DNA of 64,000 nt from an uncultured Ruminococcus sp. (GTDB lineage: Bacteria; Bacillota; Clostridia; Oscillospirales; Acutalibacteraceae): NCBI GenBank assembly GCA_902763835.1, contig CACWTQ010000022.1, positions 10,133-74,132 on the forward strand, written 5' to 3'. The position numbers and the translations under genes were made by a program. Under the pieces are notes generated by a model. The model worked only from the letters and a program-made list of their open reading frames with translations, did no database searches and was not told where the DNA came from. Of the stretch, positions 19,183-28,678 are shown one piece after another. The number at the start of each line of letters is the position of its first letter. Position 1 is the stretch's first letter.

Positions 19183-19215
19183 AACAGACGGTCATTGTCA
19201 CCGTCTGTTTTTTTG
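19183..19215 (+). terminator. intrinsic terminator, likely bidirectional
   Basis: ACAGACGG-TCATTGTCA-CCGTCTGT followed by TTTTTTT, with AAA before the stem. Confidence 0.8.
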
Positions 19216-19229
19216 TTATACTATAAATT

Positions 19230-20126
19230 TTAAAACAACAAATTAATTGCCATATTAAGAAGTCCCATTATCAAACCAATAACCGCACCGAGATTTACAA
19301 TCGTATCAAGCTCTTTCTTCATAACTTGCAGCACAAGATTTTCAAGCTCGTCCATATCCATAGCGTTAATTTTATCTTCAATCATTTTCGAGATATCAAT
19401 TTTAGCGAAAAGCTCGTCCAAAGCTTTTTCAACAGACTTATTGTAAAGTTTTGTAATGCTGCTTTGAATCTTCTCATCGGTGATATCAACATTCTTAAGA
19501 AGTTCGCTCACCGATTTAACCTCGATATCGTCGATTTTCCTGTTGACCTCTCTGCCGACTAACGCTTTACCGTTTTTATCGATATATTTCTGAACTTCGT
19601 CGCCAATCATTCGGGTAATGGAGGCGATAAAATCATCATTAATGAACATCTTAAGCATAGGGTTCTGGATTTTTTCCTTGACAACCTTTTCGCATTCATC
19701 GGAAATCACTTTGCCTATATTGATATTATTCACGGAAACTAAAATTTGTTCGGTAACAGTATCGGAAATTTTTATTTTAATCGCAGCATAACCCTCATCG
19801 TCAAGCTTGCCGACCGTCATAACCTCGGACCTTATCTCCGCATTCAGAATCTCGGATATCTTCCCGATAACGGCTGCCTGAGTATTCTCGTTCAAGAGCT
19901 TCGATTTAATATCGTCCTTGGTTATGAGTGTATTTCCGACAACATTTCCTATAGCTTTCGCCAATCTTGGTTTACCTTTCGGGATAGCACCCGGGGTAAA
20001 CGGAATAGTACGTCCGAAAATCTTTACCTCGTTCCTAGGTCTGAAAAGCATTTTCACGGCAATATAATTAGTTCCGTAGCCTATCACAGTACCCATTACA
20101 GGAGTAATAATATATTTCAAAAACAT
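19230..20126 (-). CDS. DUF445 family membrane protein
   Basis: The N-terminal GYGTNYIAVKMLFRP and a C-terminal TM are typical of DUF445. Confidence 0.7.
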   Translation of the reverse strand: MFLKYIITPVMGTVIGYGTNYIAVKMLFRPRNEVKIFGRTIPFTPGAIPKGKPRLAKAIGNVVGNTLITKDDIKSKLLNENTQAAVIGKISEILNAEIRSEVMTVGKLDDEGYAAIKIKISDTVTEQILVSVNNINIGKVISDECEKVVKEKIQNPMLKMFINDDFIASITRMIGDEVQKYIDKNGKALVGREVNRKIDDIEVKSVSELLKNVDITDEKIQSSITKLYNKSVEKALDELFAKIDISKMIEDKINAMDMDELENLVLQVMKKELDTIVNLGAVIGLIMGLLNMAINLLF

Positions 20127-20150
20127 TTCTTCACCATTCCAAACTCTAAT

Positions 20151-21281
20151 TTAATAATCTGCATACAAAAGATATTCGGAATTACCGCTGATAAATCCGT
20201 ACATACCTTTGTTCGGAGAATATACGTACCAATATGTACCGCTTGCATCGATAACATACACATATTCGCCATAGTAAAGCTCCCCTATAATGGAATCGGG
20301 GTCGCTGCTTTCGTCCGACCTCAAAGCAAGGTAACCTATATCCACATCGACAGTATAAGTCGTATAGCCCGAAGTTGGCGGATCTCCCAAACCTGTATAA
20401 ACAGAGGGTTCTTTCTTGCTTTCGACTTTGCTTTCAGCCTTACTCTCAACCTTGCTTTCCGCCTTGCTCTCAACCTTGCTTTCCGCCTTGCTCTCAACCT
20501 TGCTTTCAACCTTGCTCTCAACCTTGCTTTCAGCCTTGCTCTCTGTTTTGCTTGAAGTAACCTTTGAGCTTGAAGTGGTCTTCTTCTCGATTTTCTGCTC
20601 TGAAAGAATTCCCGAATTAATATAACCCATTTCTTCGGATTTATTAACCGCTCTCCAAACACCGCTTGACATTTTTGCAAGAATTGTTACCATATCATTC
20701 TTTGAAAGAGTGGCAAGCACAGCAGAACCTGCTTGGTCTGTGTAAAAATTGGCATTATCGACAGCTACATAATATACCTGACCGTAAGTTATTTCATCAT
20801 AAAGGTCAACAAGATTAGCCGTCTTAATATACCCGAAATTCCCCAGTGTTTCGCTGTAAATAAAAGACATACTGCTTCCCTCGGCATCATTTTTATCGGC
20901 AACAATACTCTTTATAACCGAAACACTCTCTCCGTAATTCAGCACACCGATAACAGTTCCGCTGCCTTTGGCATCTTCAACAACCTGAACGGTGCTTGCT
21001 CCCGTAACAAACATTGTATTGTACGAAGACGTGTCAAACGACAGCTGACTTGCTTCGGGTTCTTCGGTATCTGTTTGTGTGTCTGTATCCGAAACGTCAA
21101 TATCGGTATCGGTGTCAGTATCTGTATTCTCTTCAGAAACGGTACTTTCGTAAAAAGTGGTTGAGCTGATGTCACTTTGTGAATTTTTCGACACAATTTC
21201 ATTGACATCAATTTTACAGCCGCCGAGAATTCCAATAACCGTAAGTGCGGATAAAATTAACAAATACGCTTTCTTCACCAT
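20151..21281 (-). CDS. lipoprotein with SH3b-like domains and (K/A)ESKVES low-complexity repeat
   Basis: Lipobox ILGGC. Three SH3-like segments end in GYIKTANL, GYINSGIL and GFISGNSEYL. There is a central repeat tract. Confidence 0.65.
   Translation of the reverse strand: MVKKAYLLILSALTVIGILGGCKIDVNEIVSKNSQSDISSTTFYESTVSEENTDTDTDTDIDVSDTDTQTDTEEPEASQLSFDTSSYNTMFVTGASTVQVVEDAKGSGTVIGVLNYGESVSVIKSIVADKNDAEGSSMSFIYSETLGNFGYIKTANLVDLYDEITYGQVYYVAVDNANFYTDQAGSAVLATLSKNDMVTILAKMSSGVWRAVNKSEEMGYINSGILSEQKIEKKTTSSSKVTSSKTESKAESKVESKVESKVESKAESKVESKAESKVESKAESKVESKKEPSVYTGLGDPPTSGYTTYTVDVDIGYLALRSDESSDPDSIIGELYYGEYVYVIDASGTYWYVYSPNKGMYGFISGNSEYLLYADY
20413..20550 (-). repeat. in-frame 12/24-bp tandem coding repeat
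   Basis: CTTGCT(T/C)TC(A/C/G)(A/G)CC units encode SKAESKVESKVESK... Confidence 0.8.
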
Positions 21282-21508
21282 TCTTCTACTCCTTTATAAC
21301 TCTTTTAAAAATGATACAACAAGTAAATACTGATTGTCAATAAACAAGTTGTAAATTTTGTTAAAATTTCAAGTTAATAGAAGAATTTCGGAGATTATTG
21401 TAAATAATACTTTTGGCTGTGCGAAACTTTATATGATATTCTGATATTACAACAAGCTATCATAGAATAATTTGTAAATCTAGTCACAATAAAATCTGTT
21501 GTATTATA

Positions 21509-22600
21509 TCACTGCTTAACAATATAATACTTTTTTTTCCAATTATCCGAATCCAAATATTTTGTTGCTAAATCATCGGCAATTTCAAGAATAACATCTA
21601 TAAGTTCAAGGTCTTTTTTCCATTTGTCGGAAATATTGTTATATCCAATCAACGCACCGACAATATTACCCGTAATTGCACCTGTTGAATCGCTGTCGCC
21701 GCTGTGATTTACAGACGAAATTATTGCCATATCAAAGTTATCACGATATTTTAAAACACAATATATCGCCACCGCAAGTGCATCTTCGGCAACCCAGCCG
21801 CCGCCAATCTCTTCGATATTCTCAACATCGGGTCGGTCGTTCTTCGAGAACTCAACAGCCTTATTAATAAGTTCCAGATAGTAACGCAAATACCCGTCAC
21901 CTCTGTATAATCTTTCAATAAGATAATTACTTTCTCTTATTATATCTTCAAGAGTATTTCCCATAGAACAGCCGCCGTAAACTACTCTGTGAACAATCTG
22001 AGCAAAAGCTGCCGACGGAATATATCCCAAAGAATGACCGTGAGTTATAGCCGCCGCTTCTGCCGCAACCCTCATAATTTCCTCTATGGGAGTATTTTTA
22101 TCATAAAAAAGACCAATCGGAGCAACTCTCATAATTCCGCCGCAGCCCTTGCTTGAATTGATAGGTTTCGCCACACTTCCCATAATTCCGCTTTCAAGAG
22201 CGTTCAGGCAGGTTATGCCCGGAGCTCTCTGTACACGAAGTTTTTTTATGTCATAAAGCCAAGAAACGGTATTCTTCTTTCTTCTGGAATTCTGAGTTGC
22301 AAGCCAATCGAGGTAGCACTTGTATATATCATTCTCGGGTGTATTGTTTTTGACCTCAATCTTATTTCTTGTATAGCAATTTAGCAAACCGTTTGCAGTG
22401 AACAAAGTCATCTGAGTGTCATCGGAAATGATAGCTTTCTTTTCAACTTTGGCAGGCAAATAGCTTGTAATTCCGTCTTCGCCGAAAAATTCGACAATAT
22501 CCCGATACTGCCTGAATTCAACCGGATAACCCAAAGCATCTCCTACTGCCCCTGCAACAAGTGAACCTCTTATTTTATCAAGAATAATCTCATCAGCCAT
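21509..22600 (-). CDS. ADP-ribosylglycohydrolase family protein
   Basis: GAVGDALGYPVEF, SDDTQMT and HSGDSDSTGAITGNIVGA motifs. Confidence 0.82.
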   Translation of the reverse strand: MADEIILDKIRGSLVAGAVGDALGYPVEFRQYRDIVEFFGEDGITSYLPAKVEKKAIISDDTQMTLFTANGLLNCYTRNKIEVKNNTPENDIYKCYLDWLATQNSRRKKNTVSWLYDIKKLRVQRAPGITCLNALESGIMGSVAKPINSSKGCGGIMRVAPIGLFYDKNTPIEEIMRVAAEAAAITHGHSLGYIPSAAFAQIVHRVVYGGCSMGNTLEDIIRESNYLIERLYRGDGYLRYYLELINKAVEFSKNDRPDVENIEEIGGGWVAEDALAVAIYCVLKYRDNFDMAIISSVNHSGDSDSTGAITGNIVGALIGYNNISDKWKKDLELIDVILEIADDLATKYLDSDNWKKKYYIVKQ

Positions 22601-22619
22601 TGTATATAATCTCCTTTAA

Positions 22620-23387
22620 TTATTTTTCAAATTTAAACCGTTCCTTAGGAATTTCAAAAATCTTTCCATACAGCAGGAAAAAATTCTCCGTTAACATATA
22701 ATTCTCGTGATAGTGTCCGAAAAACCAGTACTCAAATTTGCACTTAGTACTAACCTCGTCAAAGAATTTGGTTAATCTGTTTTCCTCTCTGTAACCCAAA
22801 CACTGTTCAATCAAAGAAACGGGACCGCAATGAGAAATTATGTAATCGACCTCCCAATTGCAGCTGTCGAGAGTTTTTCGTGCTTTTTCAATCTCTTCGT
22901 CCGTTGGAAGTTCCTCTTCCCACCAACTGACACCCTTAATGCGGTAATAAAACTTTCCTGCCCTGTCAAGCTTTCTCCGCTTCTTCTTAAACTCGGGGTC
23001 TTTGGGGTCGAGAATTCCGTCTTTAATATCGTGCGAGCTTGCACCGCCCATTGTGAAAATCTTCTTGCCCTCAATCTCAAAAAGATTTCCTCTCATCAGA
23101 TGAATAACGGACGGACGAATAAAATGCACCTCTCCGCCGTGCCACTTCTCAACGGGATAGGCATTCAGCAGGTCGTAATTCTCGTGATTGCCGTCCACAA
23201 AAAGGGTGGTGAAATTCTTATTTTCGAGCCAATCAAAATTAAGGCGTTCTCTTGCGGAGTCGTCCCAAATTCCGAAATCACCGCAGATAATAACGTAGTC
23301 GTTCTTGGTAAGCTCAACCTGTTCGGGAAAATTTACCAAAGAGAACTTCTCATACGAACCGTGAGTATCTCCTGTTACATAAATCAT
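22620..23387 (-). CDS. metallophosphoesterase (calcineurin-like)
   Basis: ATG at 23387 with AAGGAGG upstream. Motifs: MIYVTGDTHG, ICGDFG, DGNHENY, ISHCGP. Confidence 0.8.
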   Translation of the reverse strand: MIYVTGDTHGSYEKFSLVNFPEQVELTKNDYVIICGDFGIWDDSARERLNFDWLENKNFTTLFVDGNHENYDLLNAYPVEKWHGGEVHFIRPSVIHLMRGNLFEIEGKKIFTMGGASSHDIKDGILDPKDPEFKKKRRKLDRAGKFYYRIKGVSWWEEELPTDEEIEKARKTLDSCNWEVDYIISHCGPVSLIEQCLGYREENRLTKFFDEVSTKCKFEYWFFGHYHENYMLTENFFLLYGKIFEIPKERFKFEK

Positions 23388-23458
23388 AGTAAGCCTCCTT
23401 TGCAGTGTACCCATAACTACACATCATTTTATAATCCTAAATGTTCCTCTCTTTGTTA

Positions 23459-23630
23459 GGAACTGTTGGGAAATAAGTTGAACAATTTAGACGCAGGATA
23501 ATTTGTTCTGTGTTAGGCACAACACCGCAGGAATACTGACGTATTTCAAGTGACGTATTTCAAGGTGTTGTAACGACACACAGGGCAAATTAGACAAGTA
23601 TAAATGTTCAAGTTATTTTCTGACAGTTCC
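23459..23630 (-). mobile_element. MITE-like TIR element M3 (172 bp, with internal 14-bp duplication TGACGTATTTCAAG)
   Basis: Both TIRs are present and it is flanked by TTA/TTA (23456-23458, 23631-23633). Confidence 0.88.
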
Positions 23631-23729
23631 TTACGTAAAATTTTAAGAAAATTCCATTTTGGCGTATCTTTATTATACAACAAATTCACCCCGTAATTCA
23701 ATAGAAATTTATTAATTAATCACAATTTT

Positions 23730-23782
23730 TTAAAAAAATTAAAAACTCCTCGGCATATGCAAATCACTGCATAGCCAAGGAG
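23730..23782 (-). terminator. intrinsic terminator
   Basis: The minus strand reads CTCCTTGGCTATGCAGTGATTTGCATATGCCGAGGAG (imperfect stem) followed by TTTTTAATTTTTTT. Confidence 0.6.
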
Positions 23783-23804
23783 AAAATTTTCACATAATAT
23801 AAAA

Positions 23805-24716
23805 TTACGAGCCAAAGAAACCGTCATACTTATCCTCGGAATTATTTTGCTGACCAAAGAAACCGTCATCATTACTAAACTGCGGCTGCTGTGCATTCTG
23901 AAACTGCGGCTGCTGCTCCAGCTCACGGGCAACCTCAACAGGTGACTGTCCGCTGCCCTGCTGCTGAGTACCTGCGGAAGCATACGACCTGTCGGAATCG
24001 CCGAACATACTGTCGGTATCATTGGAATCACCGTTCTCCGACTTTACCTTTCCGGCAGCTTTCATAATTTCTCTCCTGTGTTCCATATAGTCAAAGTCAC
24101 GGTTTTTCTTAACAGCCTGAACGGAAAGCAGAATTGAAATTATACAGCCTGCATAAAATATAAGTGAAAGCAAAAATCTTGCGGTAAAGCTTGAAACAGG
24201 CTTTGTGCAGTCAACATAATATTCAATACAAGTAACCTCGCTGAGATTGTTCTCCTCACAAATCTTATTTGCAAGCTGCCTTTCATTTTCAGAAACTTTT
24301 TTTGCAACACCGGAAATCACAATGTTATTATCCGAGCCTGCACCGCTGCGGTATTTTTCGTTAAGTTCCTCATATGATTTACTGTTTCCCAACGTTTTTA
24401 AAAGCAAAACATTTTGAGATTTATCATTCTTAACATTTATACCGTCAACCGGAACAAGATAATAATACGCCGAGCTTTTGAGAGTAAAGCTGTCATCATC
24501 TCCGTTATCGCTTGCACAGCCTATAATATAGCCCAGCACACCCTCCACAGGACGGTTCTGCAAATACTCCGCTGCCCCCGCACTTCCGAACTCGACTGTT
24601 CCGCCGCCGAAAATTTTATTAAGAAACACGGAAGCTACCGGTGCGGAAATAACAATTGCTATTATTAAAAACACTGCCGCCGCACAAATCTTAGGGATTA
24701 CCTGCGATCTTCTCAT
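23805..24716 (-). CDS. two-TM membrane protein with Q/G/F-rich C-terminal tail
   Basis: 303 aa. Layout is TM1, a ~170-aa ectodomain (YYYLVP, YVDCTKPVSSF), TM2 and a disordered tail. It is a paralog of the next gene. Confidence 0.65.
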   Translation of the reverse strand: MRRSQVIPKICAAAVFLIIAIVISAPVASVFLNKIFGGGTVEFGSAGAAEYLQNRPVEGVLGYIIGCASDNGDDDSFTLKSSAYYYLVPVDGINVKNDKSQNVLLLKTLGNSKSYEELNEKYRSGAGSDNNIVISGVAKKVSENERQLANKICEENNLSEVTCIEYYVDCTKPVSSFTARFLLSLIFYAGCIISILLSVQAVKKNRDFDYMEHRREIMKAAGKVKSENGDSNDTDSMFGDSDRSYASAGTQQQGSGQSPVEVARELEQQPQFQNAQQPQFSNDDGFFGQQNNSEDKYDGFFGS

Positions 24717-24738
24717 TATATAGAAACCTCTTTCTTAA

Positions 24739-25689
24739 TTATTGATTTTGCTCGTTTATAGTATCATATTTTGTTTTATCAAGGCTGACCTTTTGCTCAT
24801 CGGCATAAAAAGTCGGAGCAGGGTTGTAATCCTGCACGTTCGGAACAGCCCCCGAACTTGGAATGAATGTTGAATCATTCGGGTTTGTATTAACCGCCTG
24901 AGGAATGATTTGCGGATTGTAATTATTCTGATTATACATATTCGGCATTTGATTATACTGATTTTGTACACCGAAGCCGTTGTTAGGCTGACCAAAATTC
25001 GGCTGACCGACATTCTGCTGCGGAAAATAGTTTCCTCCGACGGGGGCAGTCGATTTCTTATCTTTCGCAATTAAAACCAAAAGAATAATCAATATTGCAA
25101 GAGAAATCACCGACACCAACGCACCTGTGATAAACTCATCCTGAAAAGAATCGACAGAACGAGTACAGTCATAAGTATATGAAACAAGATTATAATTTGA
25201 TATATCCTCACCCTGCAAGCTCATCTTATTTTTCCACGAATCAAATTCATCTACAAGACCCAAATCATTCTCAATCAAAATGCCGTCTGTTTCCACACCG
25301 TTTTGAAGAATCAAATCGTTATCCCCTAAAATATACGCATCGCAAAGTGCCGAAATGTCGTTGTTAAACTGTGTGTCTGCGGGAGCTTGCAAAATCATAT
25401 ACAAATCTTGTTCCTCGTCAAATTCGATAAGGTAATAGAAAGCTTCGTCCTCGCCCGAATCGGGATTGTATTTCACCGCAATGCAATCGTAAACTGTATA
25501 AACAGTCCCCTGAACGGGAAGCTTATTTTCAAGCTGTTCTTCGGAAACAACGTTGTAATCCGCTATTCCGCCGTTCATCTCGTTAAAAAACACGCTCGCA
25601 CTGTCAACAACCAAATACAAACTTACCAACAAAGCTACTGCCGAAATACACGATAATGCAATTTTCAGTATTTTCATCAGTATTTTCAT
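24739..25689 (-). CDS. two-TM membrane protein with Q/N/P-rich C-terminal tail (paralog)
   Basis: 316 aa with the same architecture (FYYLIEF, TYDCTRSVDSF). Confidence 0.65.
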   Translation of the reverse strand: MKILMKILKIALSCISAVALLVSLYLVVDSASVFFNEMNGGIADYNVVSEEQLENKLPVQGTVYTVYDCIAVKYNPDSGEDEAFYYLIEFDEEQDLYMILQAPADTQFNNDISALCDAYILGDNDLILQNGVETDGILIENDLGLVDEFDSWKNKMSLQGEDISNYNLVSYTYDCTRSVDSFQDEFITGALVSVISLAILIILLVLIAKDKKSTAPVGGNYFPQQNVGQPNFGQPNNGFGVQNQYNQMPNMYNQNNYNPQIIPQAVNTNPNDSTFIPSSGAVPNVQDYNPAPTFYADEQKVSLDKTKYDTINEQNQ

Positions 25690-25963
25690 CGGGATAGCAT
25701 CACCTTTCTTAAATAAATTTTAATATATATTATTTTAAATTTATTATACAGAAATTATCAAATTACGCAAAAAATAAGAAGTCTTAAAGAACATTCTACA
25801 CTAGTTTAAGTATAACATAACGTAAAATTTTCGTCAACTGTACACTTCTCCAATTTTCTTTGAATTTTGCGAAAAAATTAAATCATAGTGTTTACGCAGC
25901 GAAAAATAATAAAATCCAATTATGAATTGTTTTTAAAATCTATCCTAATGTGTAAAAAAAAGG

Positions 25964-25992
25964 TTGACTTTTTGCTTAAAATTGGATATTAT
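25964..25992 (+). promoter_or_regulatory. sigma-A-type promoter
   Basis: TTGACT, a 17-nt spacer, then TATTAT. It lies upstream of the small ORF at 26037. Confidence 0.55.
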
Positions 25993-26036
25993 ATAAATAT
26001 GTACAAGTAATTTATTTCTTGGAGGTGTTTTGTTTT

Positions 26037-26192
26037 ATGAAAGATAATAAGAATGCACTTGGCATCATTATCGGGGTAGTAACATTCGCAGCCGCTGTTG
26101 CCGCTGCCGTTACGGCTTTCTTCCTCGTAAACGAAAAGAAGAAGAGAGATGAAGAGGAACTTGAACGTTACCTCGATTGTTCTATCCAGTAA
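26037..26192 (+). CDS. small (51 aa) single-TM protein, not in the supplied ORF track
   Basis: GGAGGTG lies 8 nt before the ATG. The product is MKDNKNALGIIIGVVTFAAAVAAAVTAFFLVNEKKKRDEEELERYLDCSIQ. A promoter lies upstream and a hairpin downstream. Confidence 0.6.
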   Translation: MKDNKNALGIIIGVVTFAAAVAAAVTAFFLVNEKKKRDEEELERYLDCSIQ

Positions 26193-26201
26193 TCCATAGG
26201 G

Positions 26202-26246
26202 AAATTTAAAGAACAGCTTATCTTCGGCACAATGTCGGGATAAGCT
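26202..26246 (+). terminator. intrinsic terminator
   Basis: AACAGCTTATC...GATAAGCTGTT followed by TGTTTG. Confidence 0.5.
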
Positions 26247-26302
26247 GTTTGTTTGCGGTAATAATTATACCTTTGTATATGTAGAAATGTATAGGTGATT
26301 AT

Positions 26303-26884
26303 ATGAATAATATTATAGAAAAGATATATGAATTTGACCATTCTGTTCTGCTTTATATTCAGGAGAATATGCGGACATACTATTTAACGCCTTTGATGAA
26401 AATATCATCATTATTTGTGAATATCGGTATTTTATGGATACTGTTAAGCATAACCCTTATATGTATAAAACGAACACGAATGATAGGCATTATGACATTG
26501 ACATCTCTTGCATTCTGTATTTGCATAAACAATATATTCGTAAAACATATTGTCGCACGAGCAAGACCTTTCGATACATACAGCGACCTTTTTCCACTTA
26601 TAAAAAAACCTACCGACTATTCATTCGCTTCGGGTCATACAACAGCATCGTTTGCGGCGGCAGGTATTCTTGTAAGATTTTTACAGCGACCTCTTGCAGT
26701 GCTTATTGTGTTTTTTTCGGTGCTTGTGGCATTTTCAAGACTTTACCTCGGTGTGCATTATCCAACGGACGTTTTGTGCGGAATGGCGATAGGTATTCTC
26801 GGAAGTACTTTTGTTTATATGATGTTTAAAAAGAAATATAATCTTGATGAAATTAGACTTTCAAAAAGAGCTGATAGGGATTGA
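26303..26884 (+). CDS. PAP2-family phosphatase (undecaprenyl-diphosphatase-like)
   Basis: KxxxxxxRP (ARARP), SFASGHT and SRLYLGVHYPTDV motifs. Confidence 0.85.
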   Translation: MNNIIEKIYEFDHSVLLYIQENMRTYYLTPLMKISSLFVNIGILWILLSITLICIKRTRMIGIMTLTSLAFCICINNIFVKHIVARARPFDTYSDLFPLIKKPTDYSFASGHTTASFAAAGILVRFLQRPLAVLIVFFSVLVAFSRLYLGVHYPTDVLCGMAIGILGSTFVYMMFKKKYNLDEIRLSKRADRD

Positions 26885-26941
26885 TTTTTTGAAATTTTTG
26901 ATATATAATATAAATATAGAAATGCAAAGGAGGCTATTATT

Positions 26942-27118
26942 ATGGCAACAAGTACAACAACGTATTCGTTAATTGACATAGCTCAACAAGAAGATAAAGA
27001 AAGAGCAAAAGCCGCACTTTGGTTTCTCAGGAAAATTGAAAAAGGCAGAAAATCAGGCGAAGAAGAGGGTTGGCTTTCGGAGGAGGAAATAAAAGAATAC
27101 TTCAAAAACATTGTATAA
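26942..27118 (+). CDS. small (58 aa) hypothetical protein, not in the supplied ORF track
   Basis: AAAGGAGG lies 8 nt before the ATG. The product is MATSTTTYSLIDIAQQEDKERAKAALWFLRKIEKGRKSGEEEGWLSEEEIKEYFKNIV. Confidence 0.55.
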   Translation: MATSTTTYSLIDIAQQEDKERAKAALWFLRKIEKGRKSGEEEGWLSEEEIKEYFKNIV

Positions 27119-27159
27119 TATATAATACAGTTTATTAACAACCAATACACAAGATACTT

Positions 27160-27558
27160 ATGAAAAATAAAAAGAATAATCTAATAATAAAGCCAATACA
27201 TAATCCATATCAATGTAAAGAGAATAATTCTATAGGAATAATCTATAGCAAATACATTAATGATAAAAACAGATTAATGATTAAAGATAACAGAACATTT
27301 TATAAAGTACTGCAAAGCTTTTTATTTCAAATCAAAACAACCGATATTCTAGCATTGGTTGATAAAAAAATGAATTTGCATATAAACGATATCTTAATAG
27401 ATGAAAACAATAATACTTATAAAGTAAAAGCATTTGAAATGATTAATTTTAACTGCACTGATTTTCCCGAATGGTACACTAAAATTACTCCTGTACTGTT
27501 ATCGGGAAATCCGAATACTATGGGTGAATTTTTAGCTTTATACAAAACCCAATACTAA
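27160..27558 (+). CDS. hypothetical protein in a visibly AT-richer gene
   Basis: 132-aa ORF with no recognisable motif. It is much more A/T-rich than its neighbours. Confidence 0.5.
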   Translation: MKNKKNNLIIKPIHNPYQCKENNSIGIIYSKYINDKNRLMIKDNRTFYKVLQSFLFQIKTTDILALVDKKMNLHINDILIDENNNTYKVKAFEMINFNCTDFPEWYTKITPVLLSGNPNTMGEFLALYKTQY

Positions 27559-27575
27559 CCTATTCACACAAAAAC

Positions 27576-27612
27576 AGCGGACAGACAAAACGTCTATCCG
27601 CTTTATTTATTA
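27576..27612 (+). terminator. intrinsic terminator, probably bidirectional
   Basis: AGCGGACAGAC-AAAA-CGTCTATCCGCT followed by TTATTTATT. Confidence 0.6.
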
Positions 27613-27613
27613 T

Positions 27614-28534
27614 TTATTCCTCTTCGTCATTGTCATTATCGACAATAATTTTATACGCATTATGCACAACTTCAACAGTAACCTCGGTATGTTCGCCGCC
27701 GTCTTCGCCGTCTGTTGTCCATTTAATAGGCTCGTTTGATTTAAACTTAACCTTTTTGGTAGTAAACTTAACTAAGCTCGGACAATCAAAATTCTGTGTA
27801 ACAAGTGACGTCAGAATATTTTGCAGCTCGGCAGGATTTGACGGATATTTTATCAACGCACATTCAAAAAATCCGTCATTCAAAAGCGGTGCATATTCGG
27901 AACGATTTTTAAGTCCGCCTATTGACGTAGTATTTGACACAAGTCCGAGAATAAAATCATCTTCAATTTCAATCTCTTCACTCTCAACTTTTAAATGATA
28001 GTACGAATATTTATTCAGGCTAAGTCTTTTCACCGCCTCGATAAGATACGCAACATGACCCAGTTGATTCTTCATCTTTTGCGGAGTTTCATACGAAACA
28101 TCGGTAAAAATTCCGAATGCCGAAATATACAAATAAGGTTTGCCGTTGAGTGTTCCGCAGTCGCAGTTAATGGGAGTTCCGTTCACAATCTCCCGTGCCG
28201 CTGCCGGTATCTCGAACGGTATGCCCAGACTATAGCCGAAATCATTGGTCGAGCCGCCGGGAATGTACCCCAATGTTACACGCTTCTCTAACGGCAGTGA
28301 AACAAGCCCTTGAACAGCTTCGCTTAAAGTGCCGTCACCTCCGCATACAACCACGGTGTCAAACTCTTCCGAGCGTTCCGTAATGACATCGTGTGCGTCA
28401 TATCTTTTCTGAGTTGGGTAAACTGTTACGTCATATCCCCCTTTTACAAAAATATCTATAACATTCCAGAGTTCGGCTTTTATCTGAGATTTTCCCGAAG
28501 ACGGATTGAACATAAGCAAAAGTTTTTTAGGCAT
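27614..28534 (-). CDS. diacylglycerol/lipid kinase (DagK/YegS family)
   Basis: FNPSSGK, VVCGGDGTLSEAV and GYIPGGSTNDFG motifs. Confidence 0.85.
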   Translation of the reverse strand: MPKKLLLMFNPSSGKSQIKAELWNVIDIFVKGGYDVTVYPTQKRYDAHDVITERSEEFDTVVVCGGDGTLSEAVQGLVSLPLEKRVTLGYIPGGSTNDFGYSLGIPFEIPAAAREIVNGTPINCDCGTLNGKPYLYISAFGIFTDVSYETPQKMKNQLGHVAYLIEAVKRLSLNKYSYYHLKVESEEIEIEDDFILGLVSNTTSIGGLKNRSEYAPLLNDGFFECALIKYPSNPAELQNILTSLVTQNFDCPSLVKFTTKKVKFKSNEPIKWTTDGEDGGEHTEVTVEVVHNAYKIIVDNDNDEEE

Positions 28535-28678
28535 AATGTCACCTCGTTAATATTTTTACTTTATCATTATATTGTATTTTTGAAAAAATATCAATCGTTG
28601 ATTTTTGAATAATTTGTAAATTGATATTCCCTCCGCCTTATCATAACAAATAAAGCCGAGGGATATTTTTATTTTTAA

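Noticed and set aside
20336-20680. Several alternative-frame ORFs (RLKARLRARLKA.., LLSALLSTLL.., CFQPCSQPCF..).
   Set aside because: They are generated by the in-frame 12/24-bp coding repeat of the SH3 lipoprotein gene. Only the minus-strand 376-aa frame has a lipobox and domains.
28590-28678. Hairpin CCCTCCGCC...GCCGAGGG followed by a T-run between the dagK start and the ANTAR gene stop.
   Set aside because: The stem is imperfect and the T-run is on the plus strand, where no upstream gene needs termination. It may weakly serve the minus strand but is not convincing.
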